DNA from: Burkholderiales bacterium
GTDB lineage: Bacteria; Pseudomonadota; Gammaproteobacteria; Burkholderiales; JACQAP01
Direction of reading: 5' to 3'
NCBI GenBank assembly: GCA_046590325.1
Contig: JBKJUC010000020.1
Span: 561 to 64,560 of the forward strand
Length of the DNA: 64,000 bases
Under the pieces are notes generated by a model, which saw only the letters and a list, made by a program, of their open reading frames with translations, made no database searches and was not told the origin of the DNA. Every line of letters begins with the position of its first letter. Position 1 is the first letter of the stretch. Made by a program: the position numbers and the translations under genes. Of this stretch, positions 20,485 through 29,344 are shown piece by piece.

Positions 20485-20917
20485 CTTCGGGCAGTTCGGG
20501 CGCGAGCACCGGGGCCTCAAGTTCTACGATCACCAGCAGCATCTTGCCGTCCTCGTCCCAGAATTCCGCAGCGTCCTGCAGGGTGTCGATCGCAGCCGCG
20601 AATTCTTCCTGATCCGTCCTGGCAAAACCCGAGGCCTCGCGCAGCAGGACCAGAATGCCTTCGCCTTTATCATGTTCCAGTTCGATAAGGCAGTCGTAGA
20701 ACGCGTCCCAGTTGTGCCCGAAATAATCGGGGAGCCGCAATGACTTTGCAGCCGTTTTCAGGAATGCATTCTTGTCGCGCACGCCCTGCAGGCCGATTTT
20801 CTCCACGCGCACGCCGATTTGCACGGCAGCATCGAATGCCTTTTCAGGCACGCTGGCATGGCAGCGGTACACGCCTCCCTTGCCGGTCTTGATCAGAGTG
20901 GACAGCACAGCTTTCAT
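20465..20917 (-). CDS. barstar-like ribonuclease inhibitor
   Basis: [12 protein letters not shown] motif, as I recall for barstar-family inhibitors, and an acidic surface. 4-nt overlap with the upstream RNase gene. Confidence 0.7.
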   Translation of the reverse strand: MKAVLSTLIKTGKGGVYRCHASVPEKAFDAAVQIGVRVEKIGLQGVRDKNAFLKTAAKSLRLPDYFGHNWDAFYDCLIELEHDKGEGILVLLREASGFARTDQEEFAAAIDTLQDAAEFWDEDGKMLLVIVELEAPVLAPELPEVSVQPG

Positions 20918-21294
20918 TGGAGGATGCGCCGGAAACTTCGATAGTGATCGGCAGTGTAGTAGAACTCGCCGCCTTTCGACCCGATGATTCGCCGCGCACC
21001 GCGGTCGCGTCTTCCCGGAGTTCTTACGGTGTACTCGCGATAACTGCCTCGCGGAGCAGGTGGCAGCAGCCCTTCGCGATTACCGAAAACCGTTCCATCA
21101 CGGGAATGAGGGAAGGGGCCGCCCTGCCGGATGAGCGCCAGGGTTTCGCGCGCTTCCGCCGGCAGATCGGACACCGCGATGTGGGCGATCCGTTCGGCGC
21201 TGCGTTCGCGTGCCTGCAGCGAGCAGGGTGCGGCGGCCAGGCAGAGCGCAAGGATCAGAACGCAAAGTCTGCCGCATGTCCGCAGAAGGTGCAC
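20914..21294 (-). CDS. secreted guanyl-specific ribonuclease (barnase/RNase Sa, N1/T1 family)
   Basis: IRQGGPFPHSRDGTVFGNREGLLP...YREYTV.TPG..DRGARRII....GEFYYTADHYRSFRRI. GTG start at 21294 gives a signal peptide LLRTCGRLCVLILALCLAAAPCSLQA. The start is uncertain. Confidence 0.75.
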   Translation of the reverse strand: MHLLRTCGRLCVLILALCLAAAPCSLQARERSAERIAHIAVSDLPAEARETLALIRQGGPFPHSRDGTVFGNREGLLPPAPRGSYREYTVRTPGRRDRGARRIIGSKGGEFYYTADHYRSFRRILQ

Positions 21295-21543
21295 TACGAC
21301 ACCGCTTTCCAATGAAGTATTCCGAATGGCGGAGCTCCAGTTCGCATTGCGGGGATTGGCGATGTCGCCGGCCAGCACCAACCTTCACCCGCAAACCCAT
21401 GATCTGGCATGAAAATGGGCCATGGGAGCGGCCCCTGCCGAGCGACTTGAACAGGTAAATTTTCCTTGTTAAACCGAAGCTTGCAAGGTTACTATGGCAC
21501 AATAGTCACGCGTTTTACCAGAATTTCCGGGTGCCGGATCGAC

Positions 21544-22491
21544 ATGGAACACCGCAAAAATGACTTTGATGTGACCAACCGGGTCAATACGACGGACCCG
21601 CAGGCGGTCAACTCCGAAGTCGTTCGCATTTTTCTCGAGCTCTATCCCGATTCATCCGTGCATGTCCTCAATCGCGGATTCCGGGACCTGACCCGCTTGC
21701 AAACTGGCGAGTATCCGGGCTATCGCGCCTGCGATACCGATTACCACAATTTGCAGCACTCGCTCGATGTCACGCTGGCTATGGCGCGCCTGATGGACGG
21801 CTATGAGCGCACGCGCGATCGTACGGATGCCATCGGCTCCCGTTTGTTCCGCTTCGGCATCGTTACCGCCCTGTTCCACGACATCGGCTACCTGCGTAAA
21901 GTTAACGACACGCGACACAAGAATGGTGCCGAGTACACGCTCAAACATGTCACTCGTGGCGCAAAGTTTGTCGAGGAATACATGAACAGGATCGGCATGG
22001 CGGAATTCGCGCCGATTGCCGCCCAGATCATCCATTTCACCGGGTACGAGAAGCCGATCGAGAGGATTGAAGTACCCAACCTGACTTTCCGCCTGCTCGG
22101 CAACATGCTGGGCACGGCTGACATCATTGCGCAGATGGCCGACCGCTGCTATCTGGAGAAATGCCGCGACCGGCTATATCCGGAGTTCGTCGAAGGTGGG
22201 CTCGCGGCGCGCAATGATCAGGACCAACGTAGCGGCGTAGTGTTCAAGTCCGCAGAAGACTTGGTGGTAAGGACGCCGAAATTCTACAAGACCGCCACCG
22301 CGCGATTGAACGACCAGCTCGGCAGCGTGTACGGCTATGCCGACAAGCACTTCGGTGGCCAGAATCTTTATCTGGACGAGATCGACAAGAACATCCATTA
22401 CGCCAGCGAAGTCGCGGTGAGCCGCGATCTCTCACTGCTGAGGCGCGAACCCCCCAAGCCGGGCGAAGAAGAATCCCTGGAAACGCACTAG
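21544..22491 (+). CDS. HD-domain protein (putative metal-dependent phosphohydrolase)
   Basis: YHNLQHSLDV...ALFHDIGY is an H...HD signature. Start taken at MEHRKN (21544). Confidence 0.6.
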   Translation: MEHRKNDFDVTNRVNTTDPQAVNSEVVRIFLELYPDSSVHVLNRGFRDLTRLQTGEYPGYRACDTDYHNLQHSLDVTLAMARLMDGYERTRDRTDAIGSRLFRFGIVTALFHDIGYLRKVNDTRHKNGAEYTLKHVTRGAKFVEEYMNRIGMAEFAPIAAQIIHFTGYEKPIERIEVPNLTFRLLGNMLGTADIIAQMADRCYLEKCRDRLYPEFVEGGLAARNDQDQRSGVVFKSAEDLVVRTPKFYKTATARLNDQLGSVYGYADKHFGGQNLYLDEIDKNIHYASEVAVSRDLSLLRREPPKPGEEESLETH

Positions 22492-23498
22492 GCGTTTTCC
22501 ACCGTCAGCAGTATTTTTCCCACGTGCTTGCTGGTCTCCATGAGCGCGTGCGCCTCTGAGGCCTGCTCCAGCCCGAAAGTCCTGTAGATCACCGGGCGTA
22601 TCCTGCCCGATTCGATCAGCGGCCACACTTTCTGCCGAAGCTCGCGTGCAACCGCGCCTTTGAACTCGACCGGGCGCGGCCTCAGCGTCGAGCCCGTGAT
22701 TGTCAGGCGACGGCGCAGGATGTCGGTCATGTCAAGCGTGGTCTTGCTGCCGCCCAGGAAGGCGATAAGCGAGATCCGGCCGTCATCCGCCAGGCAGGCG
22801 AGTTCGCGCGGTACGTACTCGCCCCCGACCATGTCGAGGATCACGTCTACGCCGCGCCCGCCGGTCGCTTGCTTGATCACTTCCACGAAATCCTCCTGGC
22901 GATAGTTGATTGCGCGTTCTGCGCCGAGCCCCTCGCATTGTTTGCACTTCTCTTCGGATCCCGCAGTGGCAAAAACCCGGTGCCCGAACGCGTGCGCCAG
23001 CTGGATGGCAGTCACGCCTATACCGCTGGAGCCGCCCTGGACCAGCAGGGATTCGCCTGCCTTCAATGCCGCGCGCTGAAAGACATTCACCCAGACTGTG
23101 AAGAAAGTTTCCGGCAGGCCGGCGGCCTCTATCAGGCTGAGCCCGCGTGGCACGGGAAGGCACTGCACGGCGGGAGCATTGACGTACTCGGCGTATCCCC
23201 CGCCGCTAACCAGCGCGCAAACTTTATCCCCTGCCTTCCACTCCTGAACGCCGCTGCCCAGCGTAACGATATGTCCGGCCACTTCCAGTCCCGGAATGTC
23301 TGATGCTCCGGCCGGTGGAGCGTACGCGCCTTGGCGCTGCAATACGTCGGGCCGGTTCACGCCGGCGGCGACAACCTTGATCAGGACCTCGCCGGCGGCG
23401 GCGACTGGCAGCGGACGCTGCGTAACGCGCAATACGTCGGGCGCGCCAGGAGTCGAAATTTCTATTGCGCGCATGCTGGAGGGAGCAGGGGAAGCCAT
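22488..23498 (-). CDS. qor: NAD(P)H:quinone oxidoreductase (zinc-independent MDR family)
   Basis: MRAIEISTPGAPDVLRV...VNRPDVLQRQGAY.PP.GASDIPGLEVAG, GGSSGIGVTAIQLA Rossmann loop. Only the C-terminal 336 aa of the 738-aa track ORF are real. Confidence 0.85.
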   Translation of the reverse strand: MASPAPSSMRAIEISTPGAPDVLRVTQRPLPVAAAGEVLIKVVAAGVNRPDVLQRQGAYAPPAGASDIPGLEVAGHIVTLGSGVQEWKAGDKVCALVSGGGYAEYVNAPAVQCLPVPRGLSLIEAAGLPETFFTVWVNVFQRAALKAGESLLVQGGSSGIGVTAIQLAHAFGHRVFATAGSEEKCKQCEGLGAERAINYRQEDFVEVIKQATGGRGVDVILDMVGGEYVPRELACLADDGRISLIAFLGGSKTTLDMTDILRRRLTITGSTLRPRPVEFKGAVARELRQKVWPLIESGRIRPVIYRTFGLEQASEAHALMETSKHVGKILLTVENA

Positions 23499-23621
23499 CG
23501 GATTCTCGCGAAGTGGGGGTTGAGCTTTATAACACTCGCGAGGTGCAGGCCTCAAGCCGGTTTGCACGGCCTGAGGGCTTGCGGCATCATTCACCGCAAC
23601 AAAAACGAAAGAGGAGTGTTC

Positions 23622-24632
23622 ATGGACTACCGCTCGCTCGGGCGCAGCTCGCTCAAGGTCTCGCCGCTTTGCCTCGGCACCATGATGTTCGGCGATCGCA
23701 CCGATGAAAAGGAAGCCGCGCGCATCGTCGGCTCTGCCTTGGACGCCGGCGTCAATTTTCTCGACACGGCGGACCAGTACGCCAAAGGCGAATCCGAGCG
23801 CATCACCGGCCGCCTGATTGCCGCCAACCGCCATCACTGGGTGCTGGCGACCAAAGGCGGCAATCGCATGGGTGACTCGCCGAACCATGTCGGGCTCAGT
23901 CGCAAGTGGCTGTTGCAGGCCTGCGATGAAAGCCTGAAGCGTCTGGGCACCGACTACATCGACATTTATTACCTGCATCGCGATTTCGACGATGCCGTGC
24001 TGGAGGAGACCATCGGCGCGCTCGGCGAAATCTTGCGGTCGGGCAAGGCGCGCTATTTCGGATTGTCCAATTTTCGCGGCTGGCGCATTGCCGAGATCAT
24101 GCACCTGTGCCGCACCATGAACATACCGGCGCCGGTCGCGTGCCAGCCCTACTATAACGCGATGAACCGCCAACCCGAGGTCGAAATCCTTCCGGCCTGC
24201 CAGTACTACGGCATCGGCGTGGTGCCTTACAGCCCGCTGGCGCGCGGGGTGCTGACCGGCAAGTACAAGATCAACGAGGCGCCGCCGGAAGGCACGCGCG
24301 CCGGCCGTGCCGACAAGCGCATGATGGAAACCGAGTTCCGCAAGGAATCGCTGGCGATCGCGCAGAAGATCAAGGCATTCGCGGAGAAGAAGGGCATGGG
24401 TCCCGGTCATTTCGCGGTGAACTGGGTGCTCAACAACACCGCCATAAGCAGCGTGATCGGCGGCCCGCGCACGCTGGATCAGTGGCAGGACTATCTGACA
24501 GCCCTGGAATTCGCCTTCGACGCGAAGGGCGAGGCGCTGGTGAATTCGCTGGTGGCCCCCGGCCATCCCTCGACGCCGGGTTACAACGATCCGCAGTATC
24601 CGCTGTTCGGCCGCTTCCCGAGAGTGGGCTAG
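23622..24632 (+). CDS. aldo/keto reductase
   Basis: ATG preceded by GAGGAG. MDYRSLGRSSLKVSPLCLGTMMFG, DTADQY, YIDIYYLHR, YSPLARGVLTGKY. Confidence 0.85.
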   Translation: MDYRSLGRSSLKVSPLCLGTMMFGDRTDEKEAARIVGSALDAGVNFLDTADQYAKGESERITGRLIAANRHHWVLATKGGNRMGDSPNHVGLSRKWLLQACDESLKRLGTDYIDIYYLHRDFDDAVLEETIGALGEILRSGKARYFGLSNFRGWRIAEIMHLCRTMNIPAPVACQPYYNAMNRQPEVEILPACQYYGIGVVPYSPLARGVLTGKYKINEAPPEGTRAGRADKRMMETEFRKESLAIAQKIKAFAEKKGMGPGHFAVNWVLNNTAISSVIGGPRTLDQWQDYLTALEFAFDAKGEALVNSLVAPGHPSTPGYNDPQYPLFGRFPRVG

Positions 24633-24686
24633 ACCGTGGCCGGACCGGTCGCAATCGTCACCGACGGCGGAACGGGCGGCTGACCG

Positions 24687-25193
24687 GTGTCTGCGATACG
24701 GCAAGAGCGTCCCGAAGACGCGGAAGCAGTTCGCGAAATCCTGGTGGCGGCATTCGGACGCGAAGCGGAGGCGCGCCTGGTGGACCGCCTGCGAGCGTCA
24801 GGAAAAATCGCCTGTGCGCTGGTGGCGGAGGAGAAAGGCCGTCTGCTCGGCCAAGTCGTGTTTTCCGCGATCGCCGTCGGGGAGAGCCGGGCACTGGCAG
24901 TGGCGCTGGCTCCGCTTGCTGTGATGCCGGCGTTCCAGCGCCTGGGAATCGGCAGCGCGCTGGCAAGCGCCGGATTGGAGCGCTTGCGGCAGGAGCAGGG
25001 GCAGCGGGTGCTGGTGCTCGGTGATCCCGGGTACTACACGCGTTTCGGATTTGTCCCGGCCTCGCGCTACGGATTGAAGTGCCCGTTCCCTGCGCCAAAG
25101 GACGCCTTCATGGCCATTGAACTCCAGCCCGGCGCCTTCGAAGGGGTATCAGGGCTGGCTCGATACGGTCACGAATTCGACGACCTGGAATAG
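24687..25193 (+). CDS. GNAT family N-acetyltransferase
   Basis: IRQERPEDAEAVREI...VMPAFQRLGIGSALASAGL (motif A Q/RxxGxG/A). Confidence 0.8.
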   Translation: MSAIRQERPEDAEAVREILVAAFGREAEARLVDRLRASGKIACALVAEEKGRLLGQVVFSAIAVGESRALAVALAPLAVMPAFQRLGIGSALASAGLERLRQEQGQRVLVLGDPGYYTRFGFVPASRYGLKCPFPAPKDAFMAIELQPGAFEGVSGLARYGHEFDDLE

Positions 25194-25198
25194 GTCTT

Positions 25199-25383
25199 TC
25201 TCAATCTCAACGCAAAGGCGCAAAAAAAGGCAGGAAAGGACGCAAAGAAGGGCGAGAACAATAGATGGTATGTGGCTATTGCGAAGTTTCCAGAAATTGG
25301 CGTCATGTCGGTGCGGTCAAAAAAACCGTTTATCGTTTCCGTCCTTTCTAGCCTTCCTTTGCGCCTTTGCGTTGAGATCTAGA
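25199..25383. repeat. periodic-arm inverted-repeat element (copy E3, best preserved)
   Basis: The 51-nt arms 25199-25249 and 25333-25383 are complementary at about 42 of 51 positions. The arms are built from GCAAAGG/GCAGGAAAGG-type units. The right arm overlaps the thioesterase stop codon. Confidence 0.7.
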
Positions 25384-25813
25384 CGAGAAGCTTTTCCAGG
25401 GCGACGCGGAAGTTCCCGGGCAGGGGTGTGGAGCGGCGCGATTCGCGGTCCACATAGACGTGGACGAAATGGCCCTGCGCCGCTGCGCTGCGTTCCTCAT
25501 TCCTGAACAAGCCGATTTCGTAGCGCACGCTGCTGTTGCCCAGTTTCGCCACCCGCAATCCCGCATGGACGACGTCGGGAAAGGCGAGGGACGCGAAATA
25601 CTCGCACTGCGTTTCCACCACTAGTCCGATCACCGTGCTTTTCCCGATGTCGAGGACGCCCTGCTCGATCAGGTACTGGTTAACTACCGTGTCAAAATAA
25701 CTGTAGTAGACGACGTTGTTGACGTGCCCGTAGACGTCGTTGTCCATCCAGCGTGTGGGGATCTGCTGGTAATGGCGGTAGGCTTCGCGGGTGTCGGGGG
25801 TGGTTTTGGCCAT
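25379..25813 (-). CDS. acyl-CoA thioesterase (4HBT/YbgC-like hotdog fold)
   Basis: IPTRWMDNDVYGHVNNVVYYSYFD is the catalytic Asp region of YbgC-type thioesterases. Confidence 0.8.
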   Translation of the reverse strand: MAKTTPDTREAYRHYQQIPTRWMDNDVYGHVNNVVYYSYFDTVVNQYLIEQGVLDIGKSTVIGLVVETQCEYFASLAFPDVVHAGLRVAKLGNSSVRYEIGLFRNEERSAAAQGHFVHVYVDRESRRSTPLPGNFRVALEKLLV

Positions 25814-25825
25814 GGTGCCGGGTCC

Positions 25826-26740
25826 TTAGTGTGTGCCGGGCTGATCGTTGACGTCGCTCAGGCGACGCATCTGCCGCCAGTTCACGGCGAGCAGGCCGCC
25901 GGCGACGACGACGAACATGCCGATCAGCGTTACGGTTTCCGGAAAATCACCGAATACAAGAAATGCGAGCAGCGTTGACCAGACCAGTTGCGAATAGACG
26001 AAAGGCGCCAGCGTTGACGGTGAGGTGTGCTCCATCGCCCTGATCAACAACAAATGGCCGAAGCCGCCAAGGAAGCCGATGCAGATCATCAGGAACAGCT
26101 GCAGCAGGGTCGGAGTCATCCAGTGAAAGGGCGCGGCAAAGCTGCTCACCGCGGCGCCCACGATGGCCGTATAGAACAGCGTGGTGTAGGGATGCTCGCG
26201 GCCGGAAAGCTTGCGCGTGATGATCTGGTAGACGCTGAACAGGATCGCGGTAGCGAGAGGAAATACCGCAGGCAGGGACAGCACGCCGCCGCCCGGGCGC
26301 ATGATGATCAGCACGCCGATGAAGCCGAGAACGACCGCGAACCACTGGCGGGCCGTGACCTTGTCGCCCAGCATCGGCCCCGACAACAGGGCGGTCAGCA
26401 CCGGCCCCACGAAACTGATGGCCGCTGCTTCGGCGAGCGGCAGGTAGCGAAGGGCGAAATAGAAAAAAACCGTGCTGCCGACCAGCAGCAGCCCGCGCAG
26501 GATCTGCAGGCCTGGCCGCCCGGTGCGCAGCAACTGGATGCCCATGCGCGGCCAAAGCAGCACTGCCATTACGATGACGTGCACCATGTAGCGCACCCAC
26601 ATCAGGGCCGACATCGGGTAGGACTGCAGCATTAATTTAGCCAGCGTATCCATGGCCGAAAACATGAACACGGCCGCCATCATCAATCCGATGCCGCGCA
26701 ACGTACGGCGGTGGTGCTTATGGGCCTCGCTGGGGTTCAT
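25826..26740 (-). CDS. DMT superfamily (EamA) transporter
   Basis: Ten hydrophobic spans in two EamA-like halves. Confidence 0.8.
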   Translation of the reverse strand: MNPSEAHKHHRRTLRGIGLMMAAVFMFSAMDTLAKLMLQSYPMSALMWVRYMVHVIVMAVLLWPRMGIQLLRTGRPGLQILRGLLLVGSTVFFYFALRYLPLAEAAAISFVGPVLTALLSGPMLGDKVTARQWFAVVLGFIGVLIIMRPGGGVLSLPAVFPLATAILFSVYQIITRKLSGREHPYTTLFYTAIVGAAVSSFAAPFHWMTPTLLQLFLMICIGFLGGFGHLLLIRAMEHTSPSTLAPFVYSQLVWSTLLAFLVFGDFPETVTLIGMFVVVAGGLLAVNWRQMRRLSDVNDQPGTH

Positions 26741-26758
26741 GCGCGTCGGATCTCAATC

Positions 26759-26946
26759 ATGAACCACGGAGGACACGGAGGGCACGGAGAAAAGCGAAGA
26801 AGGAAGAATTCGGTATGCAATAGGTGCTCGAGCCAGGCAGAAATGTGACGCGCGACACTGTTTCCCCCAGTTATCCATTTTGCAGGAGTTCTTTCCTCCG
26901 TGCCCTAAAAGGGTACTCCACGCTACGCGAGGGTATCCGTGGTTCA
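26759..26946. repeat. periodic-arm inverted-repeat element (copy E4, interrupted right arm)
   Basis: Left arm atgaaccacggaggacacggagggcacggagaaaag. Its complements ctttcctccgtgcc (26891-26904) and tccgtggttc (26937-26946) are split by about 30 nt. The right end overlaps the stop of the enolase-like gene. Confidence 0.5.
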
Positions 26947-28242
26947 AGATTGTTCTTTCAGAAGGCCCGGCAGCACCGAACGTCCCGCGAACGGGGCGGC
27001 GGATCCCAGCGCTTCCTCGATGCGCAGCATTTCGTTCCACTTAGCCATGCGCTCCGAACGCGCGAAGGAGCCCACCTTGAGCTGGCCGGCATCCCAGCCG
27101 GTGGCGAGATGGGCAATGGTAACGTCTTCGGATTCTCCGGAGCGCGCCGAAACGATCGTGCCCCAGCCGGCCCGTTTGCCCGCGTCCAGCGCAGCCTTGG
27201 TTTCGGTCACCGTGCCAGCCTGGTTGGGCTTGATCAGCACCGCATTGCAGGCGCCGACGGTGCGGGCCTGCTCCACGCGTGCGGCGCTGGTTACCAGGTA
27301 GTCGTCGCCGATGATCTGGATGCGCCTGCCGGCGGCGGCGGTGAATTTCTTCATGCCTTCGGTGTCGTCTTCCGCTACCGGGTCCTCGATCGACACGATG
27401 GGATAACGGTCTACCCAGGACAGCAGCAGTTCGCACAATCCGTCGCTGTCGAGATCGCGTTTCTCCAGGCCGAGTTTGTAGCGCCCGCCGTGCCCGAATT
27501 CGGAAGCGGCGATGTCCAGTGAGATGCCGATGTCCTCATAGGGCCGCAAGCCGGCGCGCTCGATCGCCCGCATCAGCATCGTCAGGGCTTCCTCATTGGA
27601 ATCGAATACCGGCCAGTAGCCGCCTTCGTCGGCCACCCCTTGCAGCTTGCCGGCATCTTTCATGAGATCCCCGGCGGCGCGATAAACCTCGGCGGTCATG
27701 GTCAGGGCCGCGTCGAAACTGCGGGCGCCAAGGGCCATGACCATGAAGTCCTGGATGTCAACCCGGCGTCCCGCATGAGCCCCGCCGCCGAAGATCTGGA
27801 TCTCCGGAAGCGGCAGCCTCACGCTCTTGCCTTGCGCCAGAAATGCGTAGAGCGGCATACGGTGAGAACCGGCCGCGGCGTGCAGCATCGCCATCGACGT
27901 CGCGATCATGGCGTTGCCGCCTAGCCGTGACTTGTCCGATGTGCCGTCGAGCTGGATCAGTTCATCATCGATCTCCGCCTGGCGCAGCGCGTTGCGGCCT
28001 TCAAGGCGGCGCGAGATCTCACTGTTGACGTAAGCCACCGCCCGGGCGACACCCATACCCCCCAGGACCTGCCCGCCGTCGCGCAGGTCGACGGCCTCAT
28101 TGGAACCGCGCGAGGCGCCCGCCGGCGCGATTGCGCGACCGATCACGCCGCCGGCCAGTTTTACCTCCACTTCCACCGTCGGACGGCCGCGCGAATCCCA
28201 GACCCGGCGTCCGTGGACGCGCGTGATTGTCGTGTCAGTCAT
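26944..28242 (-). CDS. enolase-superfamily protein, divergent phosphopyruvate hydratase paralogue
   Basis: Collinear with canonical enolase along its full length (DSRGRPTVEVEV, GASRGSNEA, GDEGG-like ADEGGY, SIEDPVAEDD, IIGDD, LIKPNQAGT, QLKVGS, RIEE). It reads IQDFM instead of QEFM and SARSGESED instead of SHRSGETED. Confidence 0.8.
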   Translation of the reverse strand: MTDTTITRVHGRRVWDSRGRPTVEVEVKLAGGVIGRAIAPAGASRGSNEAVDLRDGGQVLGGMGVARAVAYVNSEISRRLEGRNALRQAEIDDELIQLDGTSDKSRLGGNAMIATSMAMLHAAAGSHRMPLYAFLAQGKSVRLPLPEIQIFGGGAHAGRRVDIQDFMVMALGARSFDAALTMTAEVYRAAGDLMKDAGKLQGVADEGGYWPVFDSNEEALTMLMRAIERAGLRPYEDIGISLDIAASEFGHGGRYKLGLEKRDLDSDGLCELLLSWVDRYPIVSIEDPVAEDDTEGMKKFTAAAGRRIQIIGDDYLVTSAARVEQARTVGACNAVLIKPNQAGTVTETKAALDAGKRAGWGTIVSARSGESEDVTIAHLATGWDAGQLKVGSFARSERMAKWNEMLRIEEALGSAAPFAGRSVLPGLLKEQS

Positions 28243-28264
28243 AGTGTTCCCGTTCTTCGAATTG

Positions 28265-29269
28265 TTATTGCCAGGTCCCGATCTCTTGTTGCCAAACAGC
28301 ACGTATCTCCTCGAGGCTGCGCACAGGGTCGAACAGCAGCGCCCGCGCGACCCGGCGCACCCGATCACGATCGACTTCAGTGGTGATGTACTCCACCGGC
28401 GATTTGCCATCCACCCGTCCCAGGAACAATCCGGGCAGCAGATGCGACGTGCGCGCCTCGATGTCCGCGCGGGTTTCCCAAGTCACGGCTCCGAGATACG
28501 CTGCTGCAAGCGCGTCGAAGCATTCGAGGTAAGCCGCATGCGATTGCGGCCGCCAGACGCATTTGAGCAGCAGGTGATTCAGGCAGAAAGCGAGGTCGAA
28601 AGCCGGATCGCCGTACCACGCGCATTCGGCGTCCAGGAAGATCGGCCCCTTCGGACCGACGAGAATGTTTTTCGGGCTGACGTCGCCGTGGACCAGCGCC
28701 TTCTTGGTGGCACCGGTAATCCGCACCAGGCTGTCCAGGCGTTCAGCGCAATCAGGATGTTTTCTGGCGGTCGCCGACAGGTAGGGTTCGAGCCGGATGG
28801 GAAAAAAAATGTGATCGGTGGCGAACGCCTGGGCGATGTCGATTTTGCCCGCAGTGTTGCCGTGGATGGCCGCGATATTGCGGCCCACCGCGGCAGCGAC
28901 GCCAGCGCAAATGTCGCCGTCCCGGAGCTGAAACTTCCAGACCGGATGCCGGCCGGGTTCCAGGTACTCCATGGCGAACATTCCGGATGCGGCGTCTTCG
29001 CCGAGGATATGCGGTACGGCATCCGGCACAATGCGGCCTGCAGTGCGCATCCATTCGATTTCGAAACGGTTTCTTTCGACCGGCGCCTGCCAGTCGGCCT
29101 GCACCTTGAGCTTGGGCAGCGCGCGCTTTATGCAGATCACGCCGCTGGCGAGCGTAACGCGGACGATGTCGGAGGAAACGCCGCCGGTAAGGGGTTCGAT
29201 CGCGGGCTGTTCGCCCGCGGTTAGCAACCCCATGCGCGCAAGTGCGCCGAGGAAGAGGTCGTTGCTCAT
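28265..29269 (-). CDS. APH-fold phosphotransferase (aminoglycoside/methylthioribose kinase-like family)
   Basis: LTGGVSSDIVRV nucleotide loop, catalytic HGDVSPKNILV and DAECAWYGDPAFDLAF. Lies 22 nt upstream of the enolase-like gene. Confidence 0.75.
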   Translation of the reverse strand: MSNDLFLGALARMGLLTAGEQPAIEPLTGGVSSDIVRVTLASGVICIKRALPKLKVQADWQAPVERNRFEIEWMRTAGRIVPDAVPHILGEDAASGMFAMEYLEPGRHPVWKFQLRDGDICAGVAAAVGRNIAAIHGNTAGKIDIAQAFATDHIFFPIRLEPYLSATARKHPDCAERLDSLVRITGATKKALVHGDVSPKNILVGPKGPIFLDAECAWYGDPAFDLAFCLNHLLLKCVWRPQSHAAYLECFDALAAAYLGAVTWETRADIEARTSHLLPGLFLGRVDGKSPVEYITTEVDRDRVRRVARALLFDPVRSLEEIRAVWQQEIGTWQ

Positions 29270-29344
29270 TCTTCTGTTCGGGTTTCCCGCGCCGGCGGCT
29301 TATCATAGGCACAGGATTTCAAGGACAAGAACTCTATCACAGCC

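Noticed and set aside
22488-22491. Convergent HD-domain and qor genes sharing the palindrome CTAG as stop codon on both strands. Similar 19-20-nt convergent overlaps occur at 16605-16623 and 20465-20484.
   Set aside because: These are real but trivial consequences of compact gene packing. I see no evidence of a regulatory role.
22488-24704. 738-aa minus-strand ORF, the third-longest ORF in the track.
   Set aside because: Only its C-terminal 336 aa (22488-23498) read as a real protein, a quinone oxidoreductase starting at MASPAPSSMRAIEI. The upstream 400 aa are the stop-free antisense frame of the plus-strand aldo/keto reductase (23622-24632) and have Arg/Ala/Gly/His-rich shadow-ORF composition.
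25117-25506. 129-aa plus-strand ORF spanning the GNAT/thioesterase spacer.
   Set aside because: It is read through both arms of inverted repeat E3 and into the antisense strand of the thioesterase gene. It has no RBS and a low-complexity Arg/Lys/Ser product.
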